A DNA stretch of 64,000 nucleotides from Candidatus Shapirobacteria bacterium GW2011_GWF2_37_20 (lineage in GTDB: Bacteria > Patescibacteriota > Microgenomatia > UBA12405): contig LBTB01000001.1 of NCBI GenBank assembly GCA_000989305.1, forward strand, positions 2,104 through 66,103. The letters are read 5' to 3'. Of this stretch, positions 1-9,804 are shown piece after piece. The notes beneath the pieces were generated by a model that was given only the letters and a program-made list of their open reading frames with translations, was not told the DNA's origin and did not search any database. How positions within the stretch are numbered: position 1 is the stretch's first letter; the number at the start of each line of letters is the position of its first letter. The position numbers and the translations under genes are program-made.

Positions 1-1
1 T

Positions 2-544
2 GGTCCAAAAAGTGCAGCCCGGCTAGGGTTTTATTTGCTGGCAGTTCCGGATAATTTTACCGAAAAACTGGCAGATTCAATTGCTAATTTGAAAAAGAAA
101 ATTAAGATTTGCGAAACTTGTTTTGGAGTAGGAGAGGAGAAGGAGTGTGAAATTTGTCGTGATGATACCCGAAACCGAAAGTTGATTTGTGTGGTGGAGA
201 GGGCTGACGAGGTATTGGCAGTGGAAGCAGTAGGGGGTTTTAATGGTTTGTATCATGTTTTGGGTGGGGCGATTAATCCGCTGGACCATGTCGGACCCGA
301 TGATTTAAAAATTAATGAATTGTTGAATAGAGTTGAAGGAGACGGGATTGAAGAAATAATTTTGGCAACTAACCCGACAATTGAGGGTGAGGGAACGGCT
401 CTTTATATTAAGAAAAAATTAGAAGGAATTGATTATAAGGGAAAGGTGAGCCGAATTGGGAGTGGATTACCGATGGGGGCGGAATTGGGTTTTGCGGATT
501 CCGTGACCTTATCAAGGGCTTTTGAAGGACGAAGGGAGTTATAA
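2..544 (+). CDS. recR: Recombination protein RecR (5'-truncated at window edge)
   Basis: Frame is open from nt 2 ('GPKSAARLGFYLL' helix-hairpin-helix region upstream of the first Met). C4 zinc finger CETCFGVGEEKECEIC. Toprim segment 'IILATNPTIEGEGTALYI'. Confidence 0.9.
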   Translation, partial: GPKSAARLGFYLLAVPDNFTEKLADSIANLKKKIKICETCFGVGEEKECEICRDDTRNRKLICVVERADEVLAVEAVGGFNGLYHVLGGAINPLDHVGPDDLKINELLNRVEGDGIEEIILATNPTIEGEGTALYIKKKLEGIDYKGKVSRIGSGLPMGAELGFADSVTLSRAFEGRREL

Positions 545-581
545 AATTACATTCTCAAATTGTTTATAATAAAAATTAATT

Positions 582-1073
582 ATGGCTGATAATAATATTC
601 CGGTAAAAATATTAAATGCAATACAAGAGGCGGGGACCGAGATGGCTGAGCAGGGAATAAAAACTACTGAACAGGCAATAAGTACTGTAATTACAGGACA
701 GGAATTGGTGGGTGATACAAAAGAAATGAGTGAAGGTGAAATGGCGAAGGCCAAAATGGAAGACGAGAGAAAAAAACAGGAAGAATTAGCAAAAATCCAA
801 AATATTCCCGGACGAAACGTGGAGTCGGAAATAAAAGAAGTGATTCAAGAAAAAGAGAGTGAAGAAGATAAGGAGCAAAAGGAATTTTTAGAAAAAATTA
901 GACTACAAAGAGAGGCTGAAGAGAGAGAAAGAAATGAAATGGTTGAGGAGCCTGAGAATGCCAAAAGAGAAGCGGCGAAAACCCAATTTGCTCCAGGAAA
1001 ACGGAAGAAACAACAACCTGACGCTACTCAGATGTCTCAAACCAGTGAGTTTAAGGGTGGTAAAATTGACTAG
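582..1073 (+). CDS. Hypothetical Glu/Lys-rich charged protein
   Basis: 163-aa ORF. Low-complexity E/K-rich, probably coiled coil. No recognisable catalytic motif. Confidence 0.4.
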   Translation: MADNNIPVKILNAIQEAGTEMAEQGIKTTEQAISTVITGQELVGDTKEMSEGEMAKAKMEDERKKQEELAKIQNIPGRNVESEIKEVIQEKESEEDKEQKEFLEKIRLQREAEERERNEMVEEPENAKREAAKTQFAPGKRKKQQPDATQMSQTSEFKGGKID

Positions 1074-1075
1074 AG

Positions 1076-2455
1076 ATGGATCAAAAAATTTATTTTTATA
1101 ATACAGCGACACGAAAGAAAGAAGAATTTAAGCCGATTGTTCCTGGAAAAATTGGAATATATTCATGTGGTCCAACTGTCTATTGGAATCAACATATTGG
1201 ACATATGTATGCCTATACTCAGTGGGGAACTATGGTGAATTTTTTGCGATATATTGGGTATGAAGTCAAATGGGTAATGAATGTGACTGATGTGGGACAT
1301 ATGACATCAGATGAGGATGCTGGTGAGGATAAGATGGAAAAAGGGGCGAAGAGAGAAGGAGTAACGGTGTGGGATATTGCTAAAAAATATGAAAAGCAAT
1401 TTATAGAAAGCTTGGATGTTTTTAATATTCAGAGACCTGACGTAATTTGTAGGGCGACTGAACATATTCCCGAACAGATTGAATTGGCTCAAAAAATTGA
1501 GAAAAACGGATTTGCCTATTTAACAAAAACTGGTTTGGTTTATGATACCGGTAAATTTGTTGATTATGCAAAATTTGCAAATTTAAAATTGGAGGAGATG
1601 GATAGTGGGGCGAGAGTGGAGGTAGATGAAGACAAAAAAAATCCTTGGGATTTTTTACTGTGGGTGACGAACCAACCAAAACATATTATGAAATGGTTAA
1701 GTCCCTGGGGTGAGGGATTTCCGGGTTGGCATATAGAATGTACGGCGATGTCGACAAAATATTTAGGAGAAACTTTTGACATTCATACTGGAGGAATCGA
1801 ACATATTGGGGTGCATCATACTAATGAAATTGCCCAAGGATACGGTGCTTTTGGTCATCAAACCGCCAACTATTGGATGCACAATGCTTGGCTGAGGCTA
1901 AAGGGTGGTGTGAAAATGAGTAAAAGTTTGGGAAATGGCTATACGGCGGATCAATTAAAAGAAATGGGATTTGATCCTTTGGCTCATAAACTATTAGTGC
2001 TCACTTCGCATTATCGAAAAGGCCTTGAATTTTCTCTGGATTCCTTGAAAGCGAGCCAAACTGCTTTATTAAAATTGAGAAGTTTGGTGGCAAATTGGCC
2101 AGATGGAGGGATTATTGATGAAAATTATAAACAAAATTTTGTTGAATTATTGTCTGATGATTTGCAGGTATCTGAGGCAATAGCCTTGGCATGGAAGTTG
2201 ACAAAGGACGAGAAAATAAGCTCAGAGAATAGAAAAGCAACTTTATTGGATTTTGACAAGGTTTTGGGATTAAATTTGAGCAAGAAAGTAATTGAAGAAG
2301 AGATACCTCGGGAAATTAAAGAGTTAGCGCAAAAAAGAGTAGAGGCTAAGGTTAATAAAAACTGGGAAGAATCAGATAAGTTGAGAGAAATAATTAAAGA
2401 AAAGGGGTATACATTGGAAGATGCTAAGGATGGTGTTAAAATACGTAAGATTTAA
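1076..2455 (+). CDS. cysS: Cysteinyl-tRNA synthetase
   Basis: Class I aaRS HIGH motif 'CGPTVYWNQHIGHMYAY'. KMSKS motif present. Zn-binding Cys and the 'WHIECTAM' region typical of CysRS. Confidence 0.93.
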   Translation: MDQKIYFYNTATRKKEEFKPIVPGKIGIYSCGPTVYWNQHIGHMYAYTQWGTMVNFLRYIGYEVKWVMNVTDVGHMTSDEDAGEDKMEKGAKREGVTVWDIAKKYEKQFIESLDVFNIQRPDVICRATEHIPEQIELAQKIEKNGFAYLTKTGLVYDTGKFVDYAKFANLKLEEMDSGARVEVDEDKKNPWDFLLWVTNQPKHIMKWLSPWGEGFPGWHIECTAMSTKYLGETFDIHTGGIEHIGVHHTNEIAQGYGAFGHQTANYWMHNAWLRLKGGVKMSKSLGNGYTADQLKEMGFDPLAHKLLVLTSHYRKGLEFSLDSLKASQTALLKLRSLVANWPDGGIIDENYKQNFVELLSDDLQVSEAIALAWKLTKDEKISSENRKATLLDFDKVLGLNLSKKVIEEEIPREIKELAQKRVEAKVNKNWEESDKLREIIKEKGYTLEDAKDGVKIRKI

Positions 2456-2461
2456 ATAAAC

Positions 2462-2668
2462 ATGATTGCAAAAGAGGCCAAAGAAATAGTTTTAGGAATG
2501 GAGCTTTCTTCGGACGTGTTGAAAGAAGTTGAGGGTATTTTAAGTGTTTACGCAGAAAGCGACGAGGTTCCAGAAGAGGTGATAAATAACATACTATTGA
2601 TAGTGGACAAGGAAGTCGATGTGAACAAGTTGGTGGCGGATGATGATGAGATTAATAATGTGTTGTAA
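2462..2668 (+). CDS. Hypothetical small acidic protein
   Basis: 68-aa ORF, D/E-rich, in the same orientation between cysS and rpsF. Confidence 0.3.
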   Translation: MIAKEAKEIVLGMELSSDVLKEVEGILSVYAESDEVPEEVINNILLIVDKEVDVNKLVADDDEINNVL

Positions 2669-2699
2669 TATTATAATGTGTATGTTAAGCTAATCTTCG

Positions 2700-2996
2700 A
2701 TGAAAGAGAGTAATTATAAGTACGAGGTGATTGTGGCTTTAAACCCTAAAACCGAGTCAAAAGACAAAGAAAAAACAATTAAGTTGATTGAAGATAAAGT
2801 TACTTCGATGGCTTTTTCGATCAATAACCGGGAAAACCTGGGCAACAAAGAATTGGCTTACAAAATCAAAGGTTTGGAAAAAGGTGATTTCTGGGTGTTT
2901 ACTATTGGGGGAGATAAACCGATTAAATCGGCAGAATTTAAATTATTTTTAAACCGGGATTTACAGGTCATTCGATATTTAATATTAAAAATTTAA
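2700..2996 (+). CDS. rpsF: 30S ribosomal protein S6
   Basis: 'YEVIVALNP...' S6 N-terminus. Lies in the conserved rpsF-ssb-rpsR arrangement. Confidence 0.8.
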   Translation: MKESNYKYEVIVALNPKTESKDKEKTIKLIEDKVTSMAFSINNRENLGNKELAYKIKGLEKGDFWVFTIGGDKPIKSAEFKLFLNRDLQVIRYLILKI

Positions 2997-3011
2997 AGAG
3001 AGGGGATAAAA

Positions 3012-3530
3012 ATGCCAAGTAGATGTCTTAATCAAGTAATGTTAATAGGAAATTTAACTCGAGATCCAGAGCTTCGATACACTCCGGCCGGAATGGCAGT
3101 GGTGTCTTTTGGCTTGGCGACTAATCGGGTTTGGATTACCAAACAAGGCGAAAAGAAGGAAGACGCTCAGTTTCACCGAATCGTGGCTTGGAATAAACTA
3201 GCCGAACTTTGTTCACAGTTGCTATCAAAAGGCCGCCGGGTTTATGTTGAAGGAAGAATTCAGTATCGGGAAATTACCGATGCCGCTAATCTGAGAAAAC
3301 AGGTTTCGGAAATCGTGATTGAAGATATGATTGTATTAGACAACAAGGGTGTTGGAATGGCGACCACTGCCACTAGAGAGAACGCCGTGGGAACGGTGGC
3401 TGAAGAAGAGATTGATTTAAACAATGGAGCGATTGAAGACATAGTTATTCCCGACGATATTGCGACAGCTGAGGTAGCACCTGAAGTGCCAGTTGAAGAA
3501 AAAGCAGGGGAAGATGTGGTTTCAATATAA
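3012..3530 (+). CDS. ssb: Single-stranded DNA-binding protein
   Basis: OB-fold signature 'VMLIGNLTRDPELRYTPAGMAVVSFGLATNR'. Acidic C-terminal tail. Sits between rpsF and rpsR. Confidence 0.9.
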   Translation: MPSRCLNQVMLIGNLTRDPELRYTPAGMAVVSFGLATNRVWITKQGEKKEDAQFHRIVAWNKLAELCSQLLSKGRRVYVEGRIQYREITDAANLRKQVSEIVIEDMIVLDNKGVGMATTATRENAVGTVAEEEIDLNNGAIEDIVIPDDIATAEVAPEVPVEEKAGEDVVSI

Positions 3531-3535
3531 ATAAT

Positions 3536-3793
3536 ATGAAAAAAAGTAATAAAAAAGATCGTAACCGTTTAATTAGACTAAAAGGTCGGGGAAAGGATTG
3601 TGCCTTTTGTAAGGCAAAAAATGTACCCGCTTGGCGTGATTATGAAAAGCTTAGGGAATTTTTGTCTCCAAGATGCCGGATTTTATCAGCCCAAACGACC
3701 GGAGTCTGTATGAAACATCAAAGAAAATTATCTCAGGTCATTAAAGAAGCCAGAGAATTGGCTTTGTTGCCTTATACCGCTTCGGAAGAGTAA
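3536..3793 (+). CDS. rpsR: 30S ribosomal protein S18
   Basis: 'CAFCKAK...DYEKLREFLSPRCRILSAQTTGVCMKHQRKL' S18 signature. Confidence 0.9.
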   Translation: MKKSNKKDRNRLIRLKGRGKDCAFCKAKNVPAWRDYEKLREFLSPRCRILSAQTTGVCMKHQRKLSQVIKEARELALLPYTASEE

Positions 3794-3804
3794 AATAGGG
3801 TTAG

Positions 3805-4029
3805 ATGCTTAAAGGAAAACTGTGGTCCCAAATAGTGGAGAACTTGAGAGATCTTAACTTTGAAGCTAGGGATAAAACTGTTAGGGTTAAAAAACTAAAT
3901 GAAAGTATTTTGACAAAGGCGGAAGTGATTGAAGTCAGAGAAATAATTTGCTTGGAAGATGAAAGTAATCGTGAAAGTGGAATAATAATAAAGAAAGTAG
4001 ACAAAGACGAGTGGAAAAAGTTAAGGTAG
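3805..4029 (+). CDS. Hypothetical protein (74 aa)
   Basis: ORF with normal composition, downstream of rpsR where rplI often sits. No L9 similarity seen. Confidence 0.3.
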   Translation: MLKGKLWSQIVENLRDLNFEARDKTVRVKKLNESILTKAEVIEVREIICLEDESNRESGIIIKKVDKDEWKKLR

Positions 4030-4038
4030 AATAGAAAC

Positions 4039-5259
4039 ATGCAAAGACAGATTAGAAATATATTTTTAGTTTTAGCTTTTTTGTCACTGATCGTTTTGGT
4101 AAGTTTTAAGGCGGGAAAATCGGTTGGATTAAAGGCGGCTGGTGGCTTAGATAGTTCCGAAGTTTTGGACTTATCTTTAATGTGGAAGGTAAAGGATAAG
4201 CTGGAACAAAGTTTTTTGGATAAGGACAAGATGGACGACAAGGAAATGACCTATGGGGCGATTTCGGGGATGGTGGCGGCCCTAAATGATCCATATACGG
4301 TTTTTTTGGCGCCAAAGGAAAATAAGAGTTCTAATGATGATTTGGCGGGAGAATTTGGAGGAGTAGGAATTCAACTAGGGTATAAGGATAAAAACTTAGC
4401 GGTGGTGGCGCCACTGGCGAAAACTCCGGCCGACAGAGCAGGAGTGAGGGCGGGGGATTTGATTTTAAAGATAATTGATAAAGAGAAAAATATTGATAAG
4501 AATACGGCCGGAATCAGTTTAGAAGAGGCGGTGAATTTAATTAGGGGAAAAGTGGGGACTGAGGTAACATTAAAATTTTTTAGAGAGGGAGAGAAGGATA
4601 CTTTTGAGAAAACTTTAGTGAGAGACAATATTATAGTACCGAGTATGGAGACGGAGTGGGTTAAAAAGGGGACAAAGACAATTGTCTGGATAAAATTGTA
4701 CAAATTTAGTGAACAGATATATAAAGATTGGCCTGAGGCAGTGGAAAATATAATTACTGAAAAAAGTAAGCTGGGGAGTAATTATGGAGGGATAATACTT
4801 GATTTGAGAAATAATCCCGGAGGTTATTTACAGGCGAGTGTGTTGGTGGCTTCTGATTTTTTGAAAGAGGGAGTGGTGGTGACTCAAAGGTCAAGTGACG
4901 GTAAGGATGAAGTCTATAAAGTTGACACGAGCCGGGGAAATTTGTTAAACGATAAACTAGTGGTATTGATAAATGAAGGGTCGGCGTCGGCGTCAGAGAT
5001 ATTGGCCGGAGCCTTGAAAGATTATACTCGGGCAACGATTGTAGGGGTAAAATCTTTTGGAAAAGGTACAGTACAACAACCACAGGATTTTGCGGATGGA
5101 TCTGGATTACATATCACTATTGCCAAGTGGTTATTACCGAACGGAAAAAATATTCACGGAGAAGGAGTCGATCCGGACGTGGAAGAAAAGTGGAATTTAG
5201 AAAATGAAGACAAACAAGATAATCAATTGGATAAAGCTGTAGAAGTTTTATTAAAATGA
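4039..5259 (+). CDS. ctpA: C-terminal processing peptidase, S41 family (PDZ domain)
   Basis: N-terminal TM. PDZ segment 'GGVGIQLG...PADRAGVRAGDLILKI'. S41 motifs 'LVVLINEGSASASEILAGAL' and 'IVGVKSFGKGTVQ'. Confidence 0.85.
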   Translation: MQRQIRNIFLVLAFLSLIVLVSFKAGKSVGLKAAGGLDSSEVLDLSLMWKVKDKLEQSFLDKDKMDDKEMTYGAISGMVAALNDPYTVFLAPKENKSSNDDLAGEFGGVGIQLGYKDKNLAVVAPLAKTPADRAGVRAGDLILKIIDKEKNIDKNTAGISLEEAVNLIRGKVGTEVTLKFFREGEKDTFEKTLVRDNIIVPSMETEWVKKGTKTIVWIKLYKFSEQIYKDWPEAVENIITEKSKLGSNYGGIILDLRNNPGGYLQASVLVASDFLKEGVVVTQRSSDGKDEVYKVDTSRGNLLNDKLVVLINEGSASASEILAGALKDYTRATIVGVKSFGKGTVQQPQDFADGSGLHITIAKWLLPNGKNIHGEGVDPDVEEKWNLENEDKQDNQLDKAVEVLLK

Positions 5260-6344
5260 AAAAAATCTATAAAACAGGTTTTTTGGTGATAATTATCGGG
5301 GTTATCTTTTTGCTGGGAATAGAGATAGGTAAAAATTTAACCGCAAGTAGGGAAAAAATAGTGGTAACTGACGAAGAATCGGTGGTAACAGCGGTGGTAG
5401 AAAAGGCGACCCCAAGTGTGGTGACGGTTTCGATGATGAAAACTCAGGCCATATTTAATCCGTTTGCAAACTTATTTGATAATTTAGACGTAGCTTCGAC
5501 AAAAAATATTGAGCAGGATATTGGGACGGGATTCATTATCAGTAGTGATGGTCTGATAGTAACTAATAAGCATGTAGTGGCAGATACAGGAGCTAAGTAC
5601 AAAGTAATTATTGGTAAGGATGAAGAAGCGGAAATAGTTAATATTTATAGAGATCCGGTAAACGATTTAGCGATTCTTAAGGTGAATAAAACAGGTCTGA
5701 TTCCAGTGGAACTGGGGGATTCAGATAAAGTTAAGGTTGGGCAAACAGTGATTGCGATTGGAACGGCTTTAGGGGAATTTAGATCGACAGTGACCAAAGG
5801 AGTGATTTCAGGTTTAGGGCGGGGTATTGTGGCCGGAAGTGGTCTTTTGGGGATGGAAAAATTAGACAATATAATTCAAACTGACGCGGCGATTAACCCG
5901 GGTAACTCGGGTGGGCCACTTTTTGATTCACAAGGAAGAGTAATCGGAGTGAATGTGGCAGTGTCACAGTCAGGTCAGAGCATTGGGTTTGCCTTGCCTA
6001 TCAATATAGTGAAAGAGTCGATTGATGTTTTTGGTAGTACGGGAGAGTTTGAAAGGCCATACCTGGGAATAATTTATGCCACGATCACTAGAGAATCGGC
6101 ATTATTGAATAAGGTGCCGGCCGGAGCTTATGTCCAAAACGTGATTGTTGGGAGTCCGGCCGATAAGGCAGGAATAAAGACGGGAGATATAGTAGTGGAA
6201 ATTGATGGAAATAAAATAACGGAGAAGGAGATAGTTTTGGCTACTTATGTAAATAAAAAGAAAATAGGGGATAGTGTGGTTTTAAAGATTTGGAGAGATA
6301 AAAAAGAATTGGAATTTACGGTTGTTTTGGAGAAGAAAGGTTAG
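5256..6344 (+). CDS. htrA: HtrA/DegP-family serine protease with C-terminal PDZ
   Basis: Trypsin-like catalytic motifs 'TNKHVV', 'NDLAILKV', 'GNSGGPLFD'. PDZ segment 'GSPADKAGIKTGDIVVEIDG'. N-terminal TM anchor. Confidence 0.88.
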   Translation: MKKIYKTGFLVIIIGVIFLLGIEIGKNLTASREKIVVTDEESVVTAVVEKATPSVVTVSMMKTQAIFNPFANLFDNLDVASTKNIEQDIGTGFIISSDGLIVTNKHVVADTGAKYKVIIGKDEEAEIVNIYRDPVNDLAILKVNKTGLIPVELGDSDKVKVGQTVIAIGTALGEFRSTVTKGVISGLGRGIVAGSGLLGMEKLDNIIQTDAAINPGNSGGPLFDSQGRVIGVNVAVSQSGQSIGFALPINIVKESIDVFGSTGEFERPYLGIIYATITRESALLNKVPAGAYVQNVIVGSPADKAGIKTGDIVVEIDGNKITEKEIVLATYVNKKKIGDSVVLKIWRDKKELEFTVVLEKKG

Positions 6345-6636
6345 ATTTTGAGTTATCAAAGACAGCTCCGTTGGTTATACGAATGATAGCGGAGTGTTGA
6401 AGCTGTTCACTGAGACTAACAGAGCGTTTACTGGTGACAAAGAGTCTAAGTGGTCCAGGATTAGTTTTGATATATTCTTTGGCGATTTCTAAAATATGTT
6501 TTCTGGCTTTTGGACAGGCAATTTCGTCAGGATTTGCCGATACTCCACAAAGACTGTCTCCGCCGGGATTATTGCAAAGTTGGAAGTCAATTTGGCAAAT
6601 AGTCTTTCTGATAATTTTCTCTTTGTAACCAGGCAT
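6316..6636 (-). CDS. Hypothetical Cys-containing protein (106 aa)
   Basis: ORF with cysteine spacing C-x6-C-x8-C-x10-C. No family assigned with confidence. Confidence 0.4.
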   Translation of the reverse strand: MPGYKEKIIRKTICQIDFQLCNNPGGDSLCGVSANPDEIACPKARKHILEIAKEYIKTNPGPLRLFVTSKRSVSLSEQLQHSAIIRITNGAVFDNSKSNLSSPKQP

Positions 6637-6653
6637 AATCTGTGTTGATTATA

Positions 6654-7043
6654 TCAAAGTATGTCAGTTAGAGAATTCGCCTGACGGTAAAATTTACTAA
6701 AATCAAAGTAATTTTTTAATTGTTGGCTGAAACTATGATTAATTTCAACGAAAGGATGGGGACAAATTAAATTGTTTGCGTGTTGAATAACGATTCCAAG
6801 ACGATAAGTCTTAGGCTGGCGCTGATCAACTATTTGCAACTGTTTTTTCCATTGAGAATAAAATTTTTCTTGATCTTCGGGAGTAATAGAGCAAATTTTT
6901 TCAGAAAAACAGGTGAGGAGGCGATTTTGGTAAGTTTTTATAATTTCGGGTGTATATTGTCTGCGAGTAAGGATTGGACCATGGATACTATAGTCTTTTG
7001 GCTTAACCTTTGGTGTATTTTCTGGCATTTTGGATTCTATCAC
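6654..7043 (-). CDS. Hypothetical protein (129 aa)
   Basis: ORF containing 'LICPHPF'. Lies 17 nt upstream of the 6316..6636 ORF on the same strand. Family not recognised. Confidence 0.4.
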   Translation of the reverse strand: MIESKMPENTPKVKPKDYSIHGPILTRRQYTPEIIKTYQNRLLTCFSEKICSITPEDQEKFYSQWKKQLQIVDQRQPKTYRLGIVIQHANNLICPHPFVEINHSFSQQLKNYFDFSKFYRQANSLTDIL

Positions 7044-7756
7044 TTTTGTTCAGCTTCGTCGAGGACGGTGAGTTCAAGGAGAAGGTCGGTTAGATCTCCA
7101 TTGAGACACTTGGTCAGATTAAAATCTTTATCGATACGATGGTCTTTAATTTGGTTTCTGGGATAATTGTAGGAGCGGATTTTGTCGGCGCGCATGGCCA
7201 GACCAACTTTATCTCGGGTGGTGCCCAGTTGAGAAATTTTTTTATCTTCTTCCATTTGCCATAATTTGGCACGAAGTAGATCCATGGCTATGGCTCGATT
7301 TTGTTCCTGGGAGCGTTCCTGACGGACGGAGAAGGTAAGTCCAGTGGGCTTATGAAGAATTCGGACAGCGGTGGAAACTTTGTTAACATTTTGACCGCCA
7401 TTACCTCCAGCTCTGGAAGCAGTCATGTCAACGTCGTCTGGGTTTAAGACGATATCATGAGAGGTTACCTGGGGATAGACAGCGACAGCGGCGGTAGAGG
7501 TTTGAATTCGACCACGTTTTTCAGTGAGAGGGATGCGTTGGACACGATGGGTGCCGGTTTCCCATTTTAGTTGATTATAAGCGTCAAGACCGGAGATTTT
7601 GAGGATGTCGTTATCAATATAGTTGACTTTCCAGCCGACTTTTTCAGCATAACGAATATACATGCGCATTAGGTCCTCGAGCCAAAGGCTAGCTTCAGTG
7701 CCACCCGGACCAATACGGAATTCGAGAATGGCAATATTTGAGTTTGAAATAGGCAT
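7040..7756 (-). CDS. Class I peptide chain release factor (GGQ), lacking the N-terminal domain 1
   Basis: '[25 protein letters not shown]' GGQ motif. '[17 protein letters not shown]' resembles the RF1 PxT-type codon-recognition region. Only 238 aa. The frame closes 6 codons upstream of the Met. Confidence 0.8.
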   Translation of the reverse strand: MPISNSNIAILEFRIGPGGTEASLWLEDLMRMYIRYAEKVGWKVNYIDNDILKISGLDAYNQLKWETGTHRVQRIPLTEKRGRIQTSTAAVAVYPQVTSHDIVLNPDDVDMTASRAGGNGGQNVNKVSTAVRILHKPTGLTFSVRQERSQEQNRAIAMDLLRAKLWQMEEDKKISQLGTTRDKVGLAMRADKIRSYNYPRNQIKDHRIDKDFNLTKCLNGDLTDLLLELTVLDEAEQK

Positions 7757-7759
7757 ATG

Positions 7760-7797
7760 TTATTTTAACAAAAAATCCGCCTTAATTTAGGTAATAA
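7760..7797 (-). terminator. Rho-independent terminator downstream of rpmE
   Basis: Inverted repeat 'aaatccgc...gcggattt' followed by a T-run on the minus strand. Confidence 0.5.
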
Positions 7798-7818
7798 ATT
7801 AGTAGCGGATTTAAGTAT

Positions 7819-8085
7819 CTAATTTGATTTTTTTTCTTTGACTTTTTTAGCGACTTTAGCTTCTTTTTTGGCTTTGTAGGCAACACCTTGAGCTTGTTTT
7901 TCTTTGAATTTATCAATTCTTCCTTTAATGTCGACAAATTTTTGTTGACCGGTAAAGAAAGGATGGCATTTACTACAAATTTCAACTTCGATTTTTTCGA
8001 GAGTAGAGCCGGTAGTAAACTTATTGCCACAGGCGCAAGTAACTAGACAGTCGTCATGATAGACAGGATGGATAGCTGGTTTCAT
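7819..8085 (-). CDS. rpmE: 50S ribosomal protein L31 with Lys-rich C-terminal extension
   Basis: '[21 protein letters not shown]...[10 protein letters not shown]' L31 Zn-ribbon. About 20 extra K-rich residues at the C-terminus. Confidence 0.9.
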   Translation of the reverse strand: MKPAIHPVYHDDCLVTCACGNKFTTGSTLEKIEVEICSKCHPFFTGQQKFVDIKGRIDKFKEKQAQGVAYKAKKEAKVAKKVKEKKSN

Positions 8086-8090
8086 AGGGT

Positions 8091-9332
8091 CTATTTTAAC
8101 ATAGATTTGACGATTTCGTTCTGGGTAAGAGTCTTTTGTTCACCGGTGGTCATATCTTTTAAAGTGACTACTTTGTTGATGGCCTCATCACTGCCAATAA
8201 GAGCGACAAAGGGAATATTCTTAATGGAGGCATATTTAAATTGTTTTCCAATTTTGTCGGCGTCGGGATAAAAAATGGTGGCAATATTATTTTGGCGGAG
8301 AAGGGAAGTGAGCTCTAGGGACTCTTTTTCCGTTTCTGGCCCAAAATTACCAACCATAATTTTAACCTTAGTTTTGGCTAATTTTGGTAATAAGTTGAGC
8401 TCAATAATACAATCAACGATACGATCCAGACCGAGAGTAGTGCCAACGGCAGGAATGTCGGGACCACCTAAAGTTTTTATTAAAGTATCGTAGCGACCGC
8501 CACCGGTAATGGAACCAATCTTTGGTTCTTCGACGTAAGTTTCAAAGATTGTGCCGGTGTAATAATCAAGACCGCGAACCATGGTGGGGTCAAAGGCGTA
8601 ACACCAGTCCGGAAGATTAAAAGATTTAATAGCGGTGAAGACGGCGGCTAAATTTTTATCTGGTTTAGCTACTTTGACATATTTAAACAGGGAATCAATT
8701 TGAAGCTGAGAAAAATCCTTTTCTTTGAGCTCTTTTCTTACTCCATCTTCACCTATTTTCTGGAATTTATCGAGGCTTTGAAGAGTCGAATTTTGATTGT
8801 TGGTGATGCCACTTTGGAGTAAAATATTTTTTAAAACAGTGCGGCTATTTATCCGGATTGAAAACTTTTTAAAATCTAATTTTTTAAGAGCAGTATAAAT
8901 AACGGCGATAATTTCGGCGTCAGCAACGGGGGAACTGGTGCCAAAAGTGTCAATGTCGCACTGAAGAATTTCCCGATAACGGCCCTTTTGAGTATTGTCG
9001 GCGCGCCAGACATTTTGAAGTTGATAGCGCTTAAAGGGGATGGGAATTTCCGGATACATAGCTAAAACTTTTGCTGTTGGTACGGTTAAATCGTAACGAA
9101 GACCGACGCGGCGACCACCCTTGTCGTCGAACATGTAAACAAGTTTTTCGCCCTCGTCTCCGTATTTGCCCATAAGGGTGGAGGCGTATTCTAGAGTGGG
9201 GGTTTCTAAGGGTTCGAAACCAAAATTTTCAAAAGTTTCAATAAAGAGATTTTTGACATAGTTGCGAACGGTCATGGTCTCGGGCAAAAAATCCCGAAAA
9301 CCTTTTAATGTTTGTGGTTTATTATTGTTCAT
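8091..9332 (-). CDS. hisS: Histidyl-tRNA synthetase
   Basis: Class II motifs 'GFRDFLPE', 'RYDLTVP', 'GGGRYD'. 413 aa. Confidence 0.92.
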   Translation of the reverse strand: MNNNKPQTLKGFRDFLPETMTVRNYVKNLFIETFENFGFEPLETPTLEYASTLMGKYGDEGEKLVYMFDDKGGRRVGLRYDLTVPTAKVLAMYPEIPIPFKRYQLQNVWRADNTQKGRYREILQCDIDTFGTSSPVADAEIIAVIYTALKKLDFKKFSIRINSRTVLKNILLQSGITNNQNSTLQSLDKFQKIGEDGVRKELKEKDFSQLQIDSLFKYVKVAKPDKNLAAVFTAIKSFNLPDWCYAFDPTMVRGLDYYTGTIFETYVEEPKIGSITGGGRYDTLIKTLGGPDIPAVGTTLGLDRIVDCIIELNLLPKLAKTKVKIMVGNFGPETEKESLELTSLLRQNNIATIFYPDADKIGKQFKYASIKNIPFVALIGSDEAINKVVTLKDMTTGEQKTLTQNEIVKSMLK

Positions 9333-9423
9333 AGTTTGATTTTAACATTGTAATGATTAAGTGATTTTTTGAGGTCTTGTTTTTCGGGAAAAATTTTTTT
9401 TACTAATGTTTAAAATTTTACCT

Positions 9424-9447
9424 AAAAAAACCCCGATTTTACGGGGA
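9424..9447 (-). terminator. Rho-independent terminator after tRNA-His
   Basis: 'aaaaaaaccccgattttacgggg'. GC hairpin ccccg/cgggg with flanking A/T runs (T-run on the minus strand). Confidence 0.5.
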
Positions 9448-9550
9448 TTTTAAGATTCTAATAAAAAGTTTTTTTAGGCCAAGACAACACCCCGCTGGTT
9501 GGTGACCACGGTATGGGTGTGATGAGTAAGATTAAATTTTAAATAGATCA

Positions 9551-9628
9551 TGGGGTGGTATGCCGGACTTGAACCGGTAACCTCAGCTTTCACAGAGCTG
9601 CGCTCTAACCAATTGAGCTAATACCACC
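9551..9628 (-). tRNA. tRNA-His (anticodon GTG)
   Basis: Reverse-complement folds as a cloverleaf. Anticodon loop 'CTGTGAA'. Extra 5' G(-1) pairs with C73. CCA is encoded. Confidence 0.85.
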
Positions 9629-9804
9629 ATATAAAAGAAAAAAACCGCCCTCTTGGCGGTTCTGGTTAATTGATATAGCAATTACCGCCAATTACTTGGA
9701 GGTATGGTGATGGTTTGAAATCACTTTTGCAAATATCATTGAAGATATTTTATCAGTCAAGAAAAATATGTCAATGAGTAAAATAGCTTATAATATTGTA
9801 GAAA

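Noticed and set aside
3801-4241. 146-aa minus-strand ORF overlapping the 74-aa plus ORF and the start of ctpA
   Set aside because: S/L/F-rich low-complexity translation, typical of the antisense strand of K/E-rich coding DNA. The same pattern appears for ORFs 77..289, 4106..4315, 4371..4703, 4754..5083, 10994..11338, 15281..15730, 19565..19813, 45439..45899 and 48833..49231.
6316-7043. Family-4 uracil-DNA glycosylase assignment for the two small Cys/His ORFs
   Set aside because: An 'HP...L.N'-like motif and a Cys cluster are present, but in the opposite order to UDG4. The GEGPG motif is absent.
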